Shown here piece by piece: positions 1 through 11,878 of a stretch of DNA of 64,000 nt. The first letter of the stretch is position 1; the number at the start of each line of letters is the position of its first letter. Origin of the DNA: Rhodospirillales bacterium (GTDB taxonomy: Bacteria > Pseudomonadota > Alphaproteobacteria > Bin95). The stretch is from assembly GCA_038143065.1 (NCBI GenBank), contig JAYQLI010000035.1:1024001-1088000 (forward strand). Direction: 5' to 3'. The notes beneath the pieces were generated by a model. It saw only the letters and a list, made by a program, of their open reading frames with translations. It was not told the origin of the DNA and did no database searches. The translations under genes and the position numbers were made by a program.

Positions 1-228
1 CTGTCCTCAGCGCTTTCTAAACTTCACTATTCAGCGGCAAAGGTTGACAATGAGCCAGCAGAAGCCAATCCACAAACAGCACATATGTTTATCGTAAATC
101 CCATACATGCCCAGGCCATAGATGGCCTGTTCTCCACCCACCCAGCAATGGAAAATCGCATAGCCAAGCTTGAAGAATTAGCAACCGAGATGGGTATTTC
201 TACCCCTAGAGTAAGCCCATGGGCTTAG
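1..228 (+). CDS. htpX: Zinc metalloprotease HtpX, C-terminal fragment (runs off the window edge)
   Basis: Frame 1 reads LSSALSKLH...[13 protein letters not shown]...[16 protein letters not shown]...SPWA*. AHMFI.NP and LFSTHP..RI..L are HtpX C-terminal motifs. htpX-rsmB adjacency is typical in Alphaproteobacteria. Confidence 0.9.
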   Translation: MSSALSKLHYSAAKVDNEPAEANPQTAHMFIVNPIHAQAIDGLFSTHPAMENRIAKLEELATEMGISTPRVSPWA

Positions 229-1503
229 ACAACCCTCGTAGAGTAGCGCTTCAAATACTTGATGCTTGCTTGGGCAGAAAGATGGCTCTCGATAGAGCAT
301 TCGATGGGGCTGCTGTTGAGCTAGAGGGACGAGATAGAGCTTTCGCGAGAACGATGGTCGCAACAACATTACGACATCTCGGTCAGATTGACGTCATTTG
401 CGAAAAATACCTAAGACGCCCAATACCAAGAAAAGCTCTCACCGTTCGAAATATCCTTCGGTTAGGTGTCGCCCAAGTTATATTCTTAAAAACGCCACCA
501 CACGCTGCAGTTGGGGAAACAACAGCACTAGCTGATCATCGGGCAACTCAAAATTACAAAGGGCTAATCAATGCCGTCCTACGAAGGGTAACAGAGGCAG
601 GAAATTCATTGCTTGTTGAGCAAGATGCCGCCCGGCTCAATACTCCTGGCTGGTTATGGGAAAGTTGGATCAAAAGCTATGGACGCGAATTAGCACGCGA
701 GATTGCCAACGCTCATCTGACCGAACCACCTTTAGATTTAACAATTTTTACCCAAACAGCCGAAGAATGGGGAGCTTTGTTAGACGGAGAGATACTGCCA
801 ACGGGATCAGTTCGTCGTAAATCGGGTGGGCGAATAGAGACAATCGCTGGCTTTGATGAGGGAGCATGGGCCCCTCAAGATGCAGCCGCAGCACTTCCGG
901 TTCGATTATTCGGAGATGTTTCGGGAAAACTTATTATCGATATATGCGCAGCGCCAGGTGGAAAGACTGCCCAGCTCGCTGCAGGAGGCGCTGACGTTAT
1001 TGCAGTTGATTTAAATGAGCGTCGCCTCCAACGCCTTACCGCCAATCTACAACGGTTGAATTTAACAGCTAAAACGGTCGTAGCTGATGCACTAGAGTGG
1101 ATGCCAGAAAAAGAAGCAGATGGTGTCCTCTTAGATGTTCCATGTTCTGCGACTGGTACAATTCGGCGCCATCCTGACCTGCCTTGACTAAGTCAACTTC
1201 GGACGTTAAAGCTCTTTGCCTATTCAAGCACAAATGCTTCGATCAGCGGCTAAAATGATTAAGCCCGGAGGCTTACTGATTTATGCATGCTGCTCCCTGC
1301 AGCCTGAGGAGGGGGAGCGTCAAATAAGCCAATTCTTGAAACATCATCCAGATTTCAGCAGGCAACCCATAACAGCAACTGATTCTCTTGGAATCCCGGA
1401 AGCAATTACCGCAGCCGGCGATTTGCGAACTCTTCCATCAATGTGGACAAGCATTGGAAGTATAGATGGGTTCTATGCATCCCGACTGGTCAAAAAGCGC
1501 TAA
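219..1503 (+). CDS. rsmB: 16S rRNA m5C967 methyltransferase RsmB/Sun (split near 1185-1216, probably by sequencing errors)
   Basis: NusB-like N-terminus, [13 protein letters not shown] motif and [17 protein letters not shown]. The second ORF continues with [19 protein letters not shown]...DGFYASRL. Confidence 0.9.
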
Positions 1504-1579
1504 AGGTAAGATGACCAAGAGAGAAGAATTCTTTTCAAGAAGGATTACTTAAAGTTTCTTAGTCACCCAAAGTCTGTCC

Positions 1580-2349
1580 TTATATAAAACCAACTGCGTG
1601 GCCACCGTCTAGACCAATAACCTGTCCGGTTACGTACCCCGATGCATCAGATGCTAAAAACACCACTGGCCCATCCAGATCTTCCTCCTGGCCAAGACGC
1701 CCCATAGGCACCCTGCTGATAAGGGCTTTGCCTGGCGGGGTTTCCCAATAATCTCGGTTCATATCTGTTTCAATATAACCAGGGGCTAGGGCATTTACCC
1801 GGACACGATACTTGGCTAACTCAGCCGCCATTTCGCGCGTTACATGATCAAGGCCTGCTTTGGCAGCATTGTAAGCAATAATTCCTGGATTTGTGCGTTG
1901 TCCGAGGATCGATGATATGTTGATAATTGAGCCCCCAAACCATGAGCAACCATCGCCTTTGCCGCTGTCTGGGCCACTACCCAGGCACCAGTAAGGTTAA
2001 CATCAATTACCGGATCCCACTCCGCTTCTGATACATCTAAAAGACGTTTGGTGATTGCGATCCCTGAATTATTGACGACAATGCGGATTGGCCCAAGCGC
2101 CCCTTCAGCAAGTGAATAAGCCTCTTCAATACTGGAACGATCGGAAACATCCATAACAACTGGAAACGCCTTGCCACCGAGTAATATAACCTCATCAGCG
2201 ACTTCTTCTAACCTCTTAGAGTCACGGGCAGCCAACACAACATCCGCTCCAGCTTTAGCTAAAGCTAGTGCGAAACGTCGCCCTAAACCACGACTAGCAC
2301 CAGTAACTAGTGCAGTTCGGTTATCCAGCCTAAAAAGTTTTTCTGTCAT
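1580..2349 (-). CDS. Short-chain dehydrogenase/reductase (one frameshift in a G run near 1932)
   Basis: TGASRGLG and NNSG motifs. Adding one G restores GGSIINISSILGQRTNPGIIAYNAAKAGLDH (YxxxK) and joins RVNALAPGYIETDM. Confidence 0.88.
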
Positions 2350-3443
2350 TCTGCCTCCAATGGAGCAATCAACGGCACTCCAGGGACCTGAATGCCATTT
2401 GGTCTTCCATCTTCCGTAACACCTTCATAGGAATTAGTCATCCAGCTTGGCAGCGACGGTCCATCTGAACAGGCCAGCCAAAGTCGCAAAAGATGTCTTC
2501 GATTTTCCACCAACTCAGTGTCTTCAAAAGCCGTACGGCTATGCCAAGTGAAGTGATTACAAACAAACTGCATATCACCTGGCTGAAAAATCATTTTGAG
2601 GTTAATGCCCTCTTCATTGGCGATTTCATCGATGAGATCTAAAGCTTTAGTTTGCTCATCAGTAAGAGGTGGGGCGCCAGGTAACAATTGACCTTTTCGG
2701 ATGGCGCTTCGAACATAGTGCGAGATCACTCGACCAGCATGCGGCATGAAGATAGGCACCTCTGCCCAAGGCTCTTTACCTTCTGGTATTTCGCCCCACC
2801 GAGTGCGGTAAAACGGCCGTAAAAGCACCTTCATTGCCTCTGGGGAACGTTTGATAACTTCATTATAAACGGTTGTTGAACTGACTATAGATGACATTCC
2901 TCCAGATTTGGCTGGACGCCAACAGAGAAGTCCAACTAAATCACTGGAGTCAGTGTGGTACGGAAGCCGCGCCGAAGTTTGGTATCCTCGGGCCAGAGGG
3001 TCGTCATAATTCAAACCAAGGTTTTTAACATGTCCAAGTAAGTGGCCCTTGCCATTTTGAGAACATGGACGGCCGAGGTACAAGCCAATACCCCAAAATG
3101 CTAGTGCAGCCTCTCTTAACGATAAGTCATCCAATGAAAAACCCCGAAACAGATAAAATCCTGGGCCTTCTAATAGGTAACGACGCATATAAGATATTCT
3201 TGCGGAAACAGTCGGTAGAGGAAAATCTGCCCTTGTTATTTCCAGTAAATCTAAGCCACGTCGACTGACCAATTCGATTGCATTAAGAATTTCATCAATC
3301 TCTTCAGAGCTCCAATGGTGGCACCATTGTGATGGTAACAACGCCATATCAGAACCAGTCCAAGCCTCTGGCCCCTGAATAGGTGATAGAAATTGATGAC
3401 TTTCTGCAAAACCTTCCAATTCGCTCTCCCAATCAATTCCCAA
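2346..3443 (-). CDS. TauD/TfdA-family Fe(II)/2-oxoglutarate dioxygenase
   Basis: LPYHTDSSD (HxD), QPGDMQFVCNHFTWHSRTAF and RRHLLRLWL motifs. Confidence 0.88.
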   Translation of the reverse strand: MGIDWESELEGFAESHQFLSPIQGPEAWTGSDMALLPSQWCHHWSSEEIDEILNAIELVSRRGLDLLEITRADFPLPTVSARISYMRRYLLEGPGFYLFRGFSLDDLSLREAALAFWGIGLYLGRPCSQNGKGHLLGHVKNLGLNYDDPLARGYQTSARLPYHTDSSDLVGLLCWRPAKSGGMSSIVSSTTVYNEVIKRSPEAMKVLLRPFYRTRWGEIPEGKEPWAEVPIFMPHAGRVISHYVRSAIRKGQLLPGAPPLTDEQTKALDLIDEIANEEGINLKMIFQPGDMQFVCNHFTWHSRTAFEDTELVENRRHLLRLWLACSDGPSLPSWMTNSYEGVTEDGRPNGIQVPGVPLIAPLEAE

Positions 3444-3499
3444 CTACTCTAATCATCGTTATCCTTCCTGGCAGATTCCGATACGTCAAATCATATTAA

Positions 3500-5185
3500 A
3501 TGGGACGCTCTAGCAAGATGAACGATGCTTCAAATACGAATATGACCTTTGGTCGTGATGCCTTTATCGCTTGCCTGCTTGGAGAGGGCGTATCACGTAT
3601 GTTCGGCAATCCCGGCACCACGGAATTGCCAATAATGCATGCCCTTTCTAATTACCCAGAGATGGGGTATGTGCTTGCAATGCAGGAAAGCGTTGTAATT
3701 GGCATCGCTGATGGCTTTGGACGAGCTTCAGGCGAACTCGTCGCTTGTAATGTTCATGTAGCGCCAGGGCTTGGTAACGCTATGGGGGCTATTTATTCTG
3801 CTAAAATAGCTGGCATTCCTATGATTGTTACCGCCGGCCAACAAGAACAGGGCCACGGCCTAACGGAACCTCTCCTGTATGATCCTCTCGTTCCGATCGC
3901 TCAATCGCAAGTGAAATGGGCAACAGAGGTATCAAGGCTTGAAGACCTACCACGTGTACTCCACAGAGCTGCCAAAGTAGCAATGACCCCTCCAACTGGG
4001 CCAGTGTTCATATCTCTGCCCGGTGATATTTTAAATATGAAGGGCGCCGTTGATCTTGGCGAGGCAACCCGCATAGACGTGGCAGTTCGCCCAAACGACG
4101 ACACCCTCACATCTCTGGCGGACAAGCTTATCGGAGCTGAAAACCCAGTTATAATTGCAGGTCATGAAATAGTACGAAGTGATGCGTTTGATTGCGCCTC
4201 AGAATTTGCAACAGTATTAGGGGCGCCTGTTTGGCAACAAACAATAATAGACGGGGCACATTTTCCGTCCGACCATCCTGCTTATATGGGTGCCATTACT
4301 CGTTTTCAGCCAGTTGTTCGGGAACGTCTTGAACCGCATGATCTGATGATATGTATCGGATCAGACGCCCTAAAGATGTCCGTCTACAGTGAAGTAGAAC
4401 CAATGCCACCAGGGATGCGTGTCATCCAAATTGGCCAACGCGATTGGGAAATCGCAAAAAATTATGCTTGTGAATTAGCAATCCGAGCTGACGTCAAAGA
4501 GACGTTAAATGCTTTAATCCCTTTTTTAAAAGAAAAGGGCGGGGCTGAACTGGAAGCCAAATCACATGACCGCCTGGCAAAGATCAAAACCCAAAATTGG
4601 GCAGCAAAAAAAGCATCAAAGGTACAAGCTACTCTGACTCAGAGAGAAACGTGCAAATTAAAACCCGACTGGCTAATGATGAGATTGTCCGAGTTACTAC
4701 CTAAAAACGCCATAGTGGTAGATGAGGGAATTACAACCACCGGGTCAATTAACGATTTTCTCCCATACACAGATCGTTACAGCTATTTTGGCAACTCGTC
4801 AGGCGGCATAGGCTGGGGTATCGCTGCCTCTGTTGGCGTCCAAGCCGCACAGCCAGATCGCCAAGTTGTTGCTGTAATCGGCGATGGCAGTGCTATGTAT
4901 GCTATTCAGGCTCTATGGACAGCTGCTAACCTTAAACAGCAGACCGTTTTCATTATCTGCAATAACCAAGGATATACTGTTCTAAAACAGAGACTTAAAT
5001 CCTTCCACGACAATGACAACCCAATTGGAATGGACTTCAATGATCCTCAGCTTGACTGCGTTTCACTAGCCAAAGGCTTTGGTGTTGCAGGAGAGCGGGC
5101 CTCCACACCTGATGACTTTGAAACGGCATTCGCAAATGCCCTAGCACACGATGGCCCATACCTAATTGAAGCCATGATTGGCTAA
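3500..5185 (+). CDS. ThDP-dependent enzyme, benzoylformate decarboxylase-like
   Basis: FGNPGTTELP N-terminal motif (MdlC-type) and GDGSAMYAIQALWTAA...CNN ThDP motif. Confidence 0.85.
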   Translation: MGRSSKMNDASNTNMTFGRDAFIACLLGEGVSRMFGNPGTTELPIMHALSNYPEMGYVLAMQESVVIGIADGFGRASGELVACNVHVAPGLGNAMGAIYSAKIAGIPMIVTAGQQEQGHGLTEPLLYDPLVPIAQSQVKWATEVSRLEDLPRVLHRAAKVAMTPPTGPVFISLPGDILNMKGAVDLGEATRIDVAVRPNDDTLTSLADKLIGAENPVIIAGHEIVRSDAFDCASEFATVLGAPVWQQTIIDGAHFPSDHPAYMGAITRFQPVVRERLEPHDLMICIGSDALKMSVYSEVEPMPPGMRVIQIGQRDWEIAKNYACELAIRADVKETLNALIPFLKEKGGAELEAKSHDRLAKIKTQNWAAKKASKVQATLTQRETCKLKPDWLMMRLSELLPKNAIVVDEGITTTGSINDFLPYTDRYSYFGNSSGGIGWGIAASVGVQAAQPDRQVVAVIGDGSAMYAIQALWTAANLKQQTVFIICNNQGYTVLKQRLKSFHDNDNPIGMDFNDPQLDCVSLAKGFGVAGERASTPDDFETAFANALAHDGPYLIEAMIG

Positions 5186-5257
5186 GTAAACTTTTGAATG
5201 CAGCGCTTTGAATTTTAGAGCTTAACGCGCTTTTGCCTTCTGAACAGGATTCAAATA

Positions 5258-5668
5258 TTAAAGATTAGCTGAAACTGGACGAGCAGAAATAATAACAAAC
5301 GCTTCGGCAAGGGGTGGTTCATCAGTTATGGTGAGGTCAATGACGGCTTCCATACCATCGGGCGTTAATTGAGCCAGACGAGCCGCTGCCCCCCCAGTCA
5401 ATCGCATAGTGGGTTTTCCTCCTGGCAGATTAATGACACCCATGTCTCGCCAAAACACGCCTTTGCGAAGTCCTGTTCCAAGAGCCTTTGAGCAGGCTTC
5501 CTTCGCCGCAAACCGCTTAGCATAAGACGCTGCCCGGGCCGCCCGTCTATCAGACTTTTCCCTCTCAATTTCGGTAAAAATGCGATCAACAAAGCGGTCG
5601 CCGAAACGATTTAACGTTGCCTCTATTCGAGTTATGTCAATGAGATCATTGCCTATACCTAAAATCAT
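5258..5668 (-). CDS. acpS: Holo-ACP synthase
   Basis: [12 protein letters not shown]...[15 protein letters not shown]. Confidence 0.97.
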   Translation of the reverse strand: MILGIGNDLIDITRIEATLNRFGDRFVDRIFTEIEREKSDRRAARAASYAKRFAAKEACSKALGTGLRKGVFWRDMGVINLPGGKPTMRLTGGAAARLAQLTPDGMEAVIDLTITDEPPLAEAFVIISARPVSANL

Positions 5669-6405
5669 TAATTCCCCACCGCTTCATCCATAAGACGGCG
5701 CATTTCCCCTATTGCCTCCTTTAAGCCCATAAAAATGGCCTCTCCAACTAGGAAGTGTCCAATATTCAGCTCTACAATTTCGGGAATAGCAGCTATCGGC
5801 TTGACACTATCAAAGGCCAGGCCGTGCCCAGCATGGCACTCAAGGCCCAGAAATTTAGCATCTTTTGCAGCAGCGCTAATACGATCCAATTCTATAGAAC
5901 GACTTGCACCACTAGCTTCGCAATAACGCCCAGTATGCAGTTCTACCACAGGAACACCGAGATTTGCAGCTGCTTTAAGTTGAACTAGATCTGCCTCAAT
6001 AAACAGTGAAACCCTGCAACCTGCGGACATCAGTTCTTTGACTAATGGCTGTAAACGATCCTTTAAACCAGCAACGTCTAGACCGCCTTCAGTTGTTACC
6101 TCTTCCCGTTTTTCAGGAACCAGACAAACGGCATGGGGTTTATGTTGGAGTGCTATTTGGACCATCTCCTCTGTAGGAGCGATCTCTAAATTCAGTGGAA
6201 GATCAACTTCGGTCTTGAGAAGTGGCAAATCTAGATCACGTATGTGCCTACGATCTTCACGTAGGTGAGCTGTGATGCCATCAACCCCCGCTGCCTTAGC
6301 CAACAAAGCAGCTCTAAGAGGAGCAGGATGATCGCCTCCTCGGGCATTTCTTACTGTAGCAACATGGTCAATATTAAGACCTAACCTAAGTTGTTTTGAT
6401 GGCAT
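5668..6405 (-). CDS. pdxJ: Pyridoxine 5'-phosphate synthase
   Basis: [51 protein letters not shown]. Confidence 0.97.
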   Translation of the reverse strand: MPSKQLRLGLNIDHVATVRNARGGDHPAPLRAALLAKAAGVDGITAHLREDRRHIRDLDLPLLKTEVDLPLNLEIAPTEEMVQIALQHKPHAVCLVPEKREEVTTEGGLDVAGLKDRLQPLVKELMSAGCRVSLFIEADLVQLKAAANLGVPVVELHTGRYCEASGASRSIELDRISAAAKDAKFLGLECHAGHGLAFDSVKPIAAIPEIVELNIGHFLVGEAIFMGLKEAIGEMRRLMDEAVGN

Positions 6406-6406
6406 G

Positions 6407-7012
6407 CTAACCCTTTTCTACTGAGTGCAGGCGTGTTTCACGGGCTATCTTCTTTGCCTGAATTCGGTTTTGGCGGGAGCTTTGATAGGCTTGAATAAGC
6501 CGACGAAGGCCAAAATAAAATACGATCCAGGCAACCCCCATGATTAAGCCACCAATTAACATTGGCTGAAATACTGGCAGACTATCGCGTGCAGCCTGCT
6601 GAAAATCACCTCTCCAGACATCGGAAGCTACGCCTTGGAGAAGCTGAGACAATGATTTTTCGGTGACGTCGCCTTGCTCTCCAAAGCCTAGCATACGGCC
6701 AAGACGGAAACTGGATATCCAGATAAACGGAAATGTCCATGGGTTCCCGACGATAGTCCCGATAGCGGAAGCAATAATACTTACCCTCAAGCCAGCTGAT
6801 AGAATTGCTGCAATAATGAAATGCAACCCTGGCACAGGAAGAAAACTAACTGCCGCACCAAATGCAAAACCACTTGCTAGTGCGTGAGGTGAACCCCGCA
6901 TGCGCTGCAGACGGCGCAGTATGTACTTAGCCCCACGTTGCAGACCACTATTGGGCCATAACCATGACTTTAAAATTGCAAAACTTGAGCGAGGCTTCTG
7001 ACGTCCAAACAT
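6407..7012 (-). CDS. DUF2062-family membrane protein
   Basis: [12 protein letters not shown]...[10 protein letters not shown]. Usual position directly after spoT in Alphaproteobacteria. Confidence 0.85.
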   Translation of the reverse strand: MFGRQKPRSSFAILKSWLWPNSGLQRGAKYILRRLQRMRGSPHALASGFAFGAAVSFLPVPGLHFIIAAILSAGLRVSIIASAIGTIVGNPWTFPFIWISSFRLGRMLGFGEQGDVTEKSLSQLLQGVASDVWRGDFQQAARDSLPVFQPMLIGGLIMGVAWIVFYFGLRRLIQAYQSSRQNRIQAKKIARETRLHSVEKG

Positions 7013-7020
7013 TACTTTAC

Positions 7021-9163
7021 TTAGGCGCCTTCTCTCTCAATGGTTGTGATTACGCTATCTGCGCGAAGTGCAGCAATGATGATGGCAAGATGATCCAGAC
7101 TATCAACCTCAATATCAACTATAAGCTCAAAAAATCCTCTGCTCGGCTAGAAAACCGCAGATTCGAAATATTGCCACCTTGGCGGCCGATTGTATTAGAC
7201 ACAGCTCCAAGAGCACCTGGCGAGTTCTGGAGCGTAATACGGACCCGACCTACTCTGCGCTCGGGTGATTTTTCTTCCCAATCAACATCAAGCCATCTTT
7301 CTGGGGTATGGCTGAAAGCTTCTAAAGTTGCGCAGTCAGAAACATGGACCGTCACTCCTTTACCAGAAGTTACGATACCTATGATTTGGTCGCCTGGAAG
7401 AGGATGACAGCATCGCGCGTAATGAACGGCCATACCAGGGATTAGGCCTTTCAGCGGAAGCGCTTTAACATTCGTATTATCTTGGCTGGCGGCGCTTTTC
7501 CCAGCTTGCCTATCTTCTCCCCCTTGGATGTAGATCGTACGGCTTTGGGAGCCAAAACACTTATTAATTCGGCTTCAGTGAATAAACCCTCGCCGAGTGC
7601 AGCAAACAAATCATCTTGTGTTTCTAATTCAAATTTCTTCAATACCGGACGTAACATACGATCTGAAAAAGTTAGTCCTGCCTCAGCCGCCGCTGCCTTC
7701 GCAACCTCACGGCCTAGTGAAATGTATTGATCGCGCTGTTCTAGGCGAATAAGTCTACGGATACGAGCCTTGGCCCGGCCGGTTGCAACAAACTGTCCCC
7801 ATTCTGGAGATGGGGTCTTATTTTTAGAAGTTAAAACTTCTATTTCATCACCATTGGATAACTTTGAACGAACTGGCGCTATCCGTCCGTTAATACGGGC
7901 ACCAACACAATGATCCCCAACTTCTGAATGAACCGCATAAGCGAAATCAACAACAGTTGCGCCATTAGGAAGCCCAATCAGGTCACCTTTGGGCGTAAAA
8001 CAAAAAACCTGATCTTGAAACATCTCAAGCTTGGTATGTTCCAAAAATTCTTCAGCACCGCCAGCTTCATCTAAAATATCAAGCAAGCTGCGGATCCAAG
8101 CAAACTGCTTCCCATCATGGACTACGTCACCCTGCTTATAACGCCAGTGCGAGGCCAGCCCATATTCAGCTATTTCGTGCATCTCGCGGGTGCGAATTTG
8201 CACCTCAATCCGCATCCTTTCAGGTCCTATCACTCCAGTATGAAGAGACTGATATCCATTTGGTTTTGGGGTTGAAAGATAGTCCTTGAAGCGACCTGGC
8301 AGTACTTGATAGACGCCATGGATCGCACCGAGTGCGCGATAACATTCCTCGACGGTTCCAACTATAACGCGAAACGCCATAATATCTGTTAACGCTTCAA
8401 AAGGAGCCGCCTTTCTCTGCATCTTTGTCCATATGGAATATGTAGCCTTTTCGCGACCTGAGACTTCAGCGTTAAGTCCACTCTCTGATAGTGTTTTGTG
8501 AAGTGCAAAAATTACTTTTTCGCTCAGATCACGGCCATTTGAACGCAGTAATTCAAGTCTAGTAATGATAGAATTACGAGCATCAGGGTTTAATTCTGCA
8601 AAGGCGAGGTCAACCAGTTCATCCCGCCAAGGTTGCATTCCAATACGCTCCGCCAAGGGCGCATATATGTCCATAGTTTCAGCAGCACTACGCCTACGAC
8701 TAACCTCTGATTTCACAAAACCCAGGGTGCGCATGTTGTGAAGACGGTCAGCCAGCTTTACTAACAAGACACGGATGTCTTCAGACATCGCTAGAACAAG
8801 CTTGCGAAAATTCTCAGCTTGTTTTGTTTGATCCGACTGGATCTCAATCTTGTTTAGTTTCGTAACACCATCCACTAACCGCGCGATGTCTTCACCGAAT
8901 AAACGTTTTATATCAGTGAGGCTGGCATCAGTATCTTCGACGGTGTCGTGCAACAAGGCCGTAATGATTGAACCAGAGTCCAATCGCATATCTGCAAGAA
9001 GCCACGCTACTTCCAGCGGGTGCGAAAAGTACGGATCACCGGAAGCACGTCGCTGCGAACCATGCTTCTGCATAGCAAAAATGTAAGCTTTGTTAATTCC
9101 GACTTCATTGACAGCTGGGTCGTAGTCCCTAACTTTTTCAACCAGCTCAAATTGCCGGATCAT
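7021..9163 (-). CDS. spoT: Bifunctional (p)ppGpp synthetase/hydrolase Rsh (two frameshifts, near 7500 and near 7130)
   Basis: HD motif LLHDTVEDT, PKPNGYQSLHT, TGS (DFAYAVHS), CCHPLPGD zinc finger and ACT domain. Restoring one T gives ...EDFFELIVDIEV...IEREGA* with stop at 7021. Confidence 0.95.
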
Positions 9164-9202
9164 TCTGGGATACTCTCTAGCTCCTCCAGGGGTCGTGCGG
9201 CA

Positions 9203-9610
9203 TTAGATCTTTGGATCTTCTCCGGCATCATATCTCTCAGCGAGACGGTCACGGTTAACAGGCTCTGGAGCACCCTGTGCGGCCACTTCCTGGGCCAGAG
9301 CCGCGAGATCAAGGTCATCATCATCTGTTTCGCCACTGCTCATTGACATCGCAGCTTCGTCTAATTCGTCTATTTCTTCAACTGGAGCAACCTTTTGACG
9401 CCCTTGAACTACTGCCTCAAAGAGTTCTTCGGTCGAAAGCTGGTCTTCAGCAATTTCTCGCAGTGCTACAACTGGGTTCTTGTCATTGTCGCGATCGACA
9501 AGAAGTTCACTACCAGACGAAATATCACGAGCTCGTTGGCCAGCAAGAATTACCAAATCGAACCTATTGGGAACGCGCTCTACGCAATCTTCCACAGTGA
9601 CTCGAGCCAT
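9203..9610 (-). CDS. rpoZ: RNA polymerase omega subunit
   Basis: MARVTVEDC...NRFDLV...[14 protein letters not shown], with the acidic C-terminal tail seen in Alphaproteobacteria. Confidence 0.97.
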   Translation of the reverse strand: MARVTVEDCVERVPNRFDLVILAGQRARDISSGSELLVDRDNDKNPVVALREIAEDQLSTEELFEAVVQGRQKVAPVEEIDELDEAAMSMSSGETDDDDLDLAALAQEVAAQGAPEPVNRDRLAERYDAGEDPKI

Positions 9611-9798
9611 GATTATCTCCTTTCCATTGATCAGCCTGGTGTTATACCTTTTAAGCGCAAAAAATCAATGTATTCTGTAAGAATTGAAAAGAACTTTAAT
9701 CCTTCCCATCTGTGAGAGGATTATTCACCGTTCAAATCACAAAATTTATTTCAAATTCAAAATTTTAAAAATTATTTTAGAACAAAGGTATATCGATT

Positions 9799-10455
9799 AT
9801 GCAAAGTGTCCGTAGAGGTATTTTTATTGATGGCGCCAACCTTTTCTCAGCCGCAAAACACCTAGGTTTTGATATTGATTACAGAAGATTACTTGATTTC
9901 TTTGGGGGCGGGAGCTGGTTGGTCCGAGCATATTACTACACTGCGATAGCAGAGGATCAGGAGTACTCTCCAGTTCGTCCTCTCGCTGACTGGCTAGATT
10001 ATAACGGTTACACGCTAATTTCTAAATCGGCGAAAGAATTTGTTGATACTTCTGGCCGTCGAAGAATACGTGGAAACATGGACGTTGAAATTACGGTCGA
10101 CGCATTGAGTCTTTCAGAAAATCTTGATCACGTAATTTTGATGAGCGGCAATGGTGATTTTCGCCGTCTGATAGAAGCCATTCAGCAAAAAGGAGTCCGA
10201 GTAACAGTCGTAAGCACGGTCAGAACCAATCCACCTATGATTGCTGATGAATTAAGAAGACAAGCAGACGAATATATTGACCTTCTAGACATTGCTCCTC
10301 GGATTGAACGACGCGTACCAGATCGAGGCGAAGCAACTCGCGCAGCACCGCGTCGGGAAGAAAAATTTGATCGACCGGAAGTTGATGATCAGCCATTACG
10401 TGGTCCAGGAGACTTTCGTGACGCTGGATATTTAGATGATGACGAGCTTGACTGA
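9799..10455 (+). CDS. NYN/LabA (DUF88) PIN-fold protein
   Basis: IFIDGANL, GNMDVEITVD, SGNGDF, ADELRRQAD. Confidence 0.92.
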   Translation: MQSVRRGIFIDGANLFSAAKHLGFDIDYRRLLDFFGGGSWLVRAYYYTAIAEDQEYSPVRPLADWLDYNGYTLISKSAKEFVDTSGRRRIRGNMDVEITVDALSLSENLDHVILMSGNGDFRRLIEAIQQKGVRVTVVSTVRTNPPMIADELRRQADEYIDLLDIAPRIERRVPDRGEATRAAPRREEKFDRPEVDDQPLRGPGDFRDAGYLDDDELD

Positions 10456-11095
10456 AGCCAACATTTGGCAAGGGCCCTCGCACAATTGTGCTTTTTGCCC
10501 AAGGCTTGTTGCTCTTCGTGAAGACCTTAAAGTTTCCGAGCCTGACTGGCATAATGGCCCGGTTCCTTCATTTGGGGAGTTAAATTCTCGACTTTTAGTC
10601 GTTGGGCTTGCACCAGGGATGAACGGGGCAAACCGAACCGGCAGACCATTTACTGGGGATTACGCAGGAGACCTCTTGTATGAAAGCCTGAGCCATTTTG
10701 GCTTTGCTGAAGGAGCCTATGAAAAACATGCCAATGACAGTTTAAAGCTCATCGATTGCCGTATCGCAAATGCTGTTCGATGCTTGCCGCCAAAAAATAA
10801 ACCAACAACCGATGAAGCAAAAACTTGCAGGCCATTCCTCATCTCAGAAATTCAGGCAATGCCAAATCTCCGCCAAATTTTAGCACTGGGTAGAATTGCG
10901 CATGAAGCAGTGCTCCGCGCACTTGGCATTAGTTTAAAGCAGGCATCTTTCGCGCATGGCGCGGCGCATCGTCTTGGAGACATAACGATTACTGACAGCT
11001 ATCACTGCTCACGCTACAACACCAACACTGGACGGCTGACTAGAGAAATGTTTTTCAACGTGATCGGTGAAGTCCGCCAGCGGCTTGACGTTTAA
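10436..11095 (+). CDS. Uracil-DNA glycosylase (family 4/5, Fe-S type)
   Basis: CxxCPRL, GLAPGMNGANRTGRPFTGD, HCSRYNTNTGRLT. Confidence 0.92.
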   Translation: MMTSLTEANIWQGPSHNCAFCPRLVALREDLKVSEPDWHNGPVPSFGELNSRLLVVGLAPGMNGANRTGRPFTGDYAGDLLYESLSHFGFAEGAYEKHANDSLKLIDCRIANAVRCLPPKNKPTTDEAKTCRPFLISEIQAMPNLRQILALGRIAHEAVLRALGISLKQASFAHGAAHRLGDITITDSYHCSRYNTNTGRLTREMFFNVIGEVRQRLDV

Positions 11096-11108
11096 ATAAT
11101 TATAATTC

Positions 11109-11872
11109 GTGAGACAGCAGAGCATGAGCAAAAAAAAGGATGGAATTTGGGACTATTTTCGCGCCATCTTCTGGGCTTTGCTGTTAGCTGGTACTTTTCG
11201 ATCACTAGCATATGAGCCCTTCAGCATTCCATCCGGGTCTATGCAACCAACATTATTGATTGGCGATCATTTGTTTGTTTCAAAATGGACTTATGGATAC
11301 AGCAAACATTCTTTTCCATTTAGTCCAAATATTTACAGTGGCCGGATCCCAGAAAGCGGGCCAGACCGCGGCGATGTCGCTGTCTTCAAAGTAATTAAAG
11401 AAGCTTGGCGGGGGGACAAAAATCTACCACACGTACGGATTACATTAAACGTGTGGTAGGCTTACCGGGTGATACTATTCAGATGAAAAACGGTAGGCTG
11501 TTTATAAATGGAGTTAAAGTTCCAAGAACATCCGATGGGGAATTTACGCCCAGCCAGCGAGAGGGGATCACTTATCGACAATTTATAGAGACCCTTCCGA
11601 ATGGAGTAGAACATAAGATCTTAGAACTTGGAGACAATTTACGTTTCGATAATACGCCTATTTATAAAGTCCCACCTGGTCATTATTTCATGATGGGCGA
11701 CAATAGAGATAACTCAAACGACAGCCGAGCTGATGTATCTTTTGTACCTGCAGAAAATCTTGTTGGCCGAGCTGATATTATGTTCCTGTCGATAGATTGG
11801 CGCAGCGAAAACTGGATGGACTTTGATGCCGGAATTCGCTGGGAGCGAATGCTAACCACTATTGGCCCCTAA
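11109..11872 (+). CDS. lepB: Signal peptidase I (frameshift near 11410-11425)
   Basis: IPSGSMQPTL (catalytic Ser), DYIKRVVGLPGD (catalytic Lys), GDNRDNSNDSR. Confidence 0.95.
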
Positions 11873-11878
11873 AACTCC

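Noticed and set aside
1185-1187. TGA where Trp is expected in rsmB (possible UGA recoding or alternative genetic code)
   Set aside because: It sits in a local error cluster with adjacent indels. TGA is used as a normal stop in many genes here (rnc, era, recO) and TGG encodes Trp throughout.
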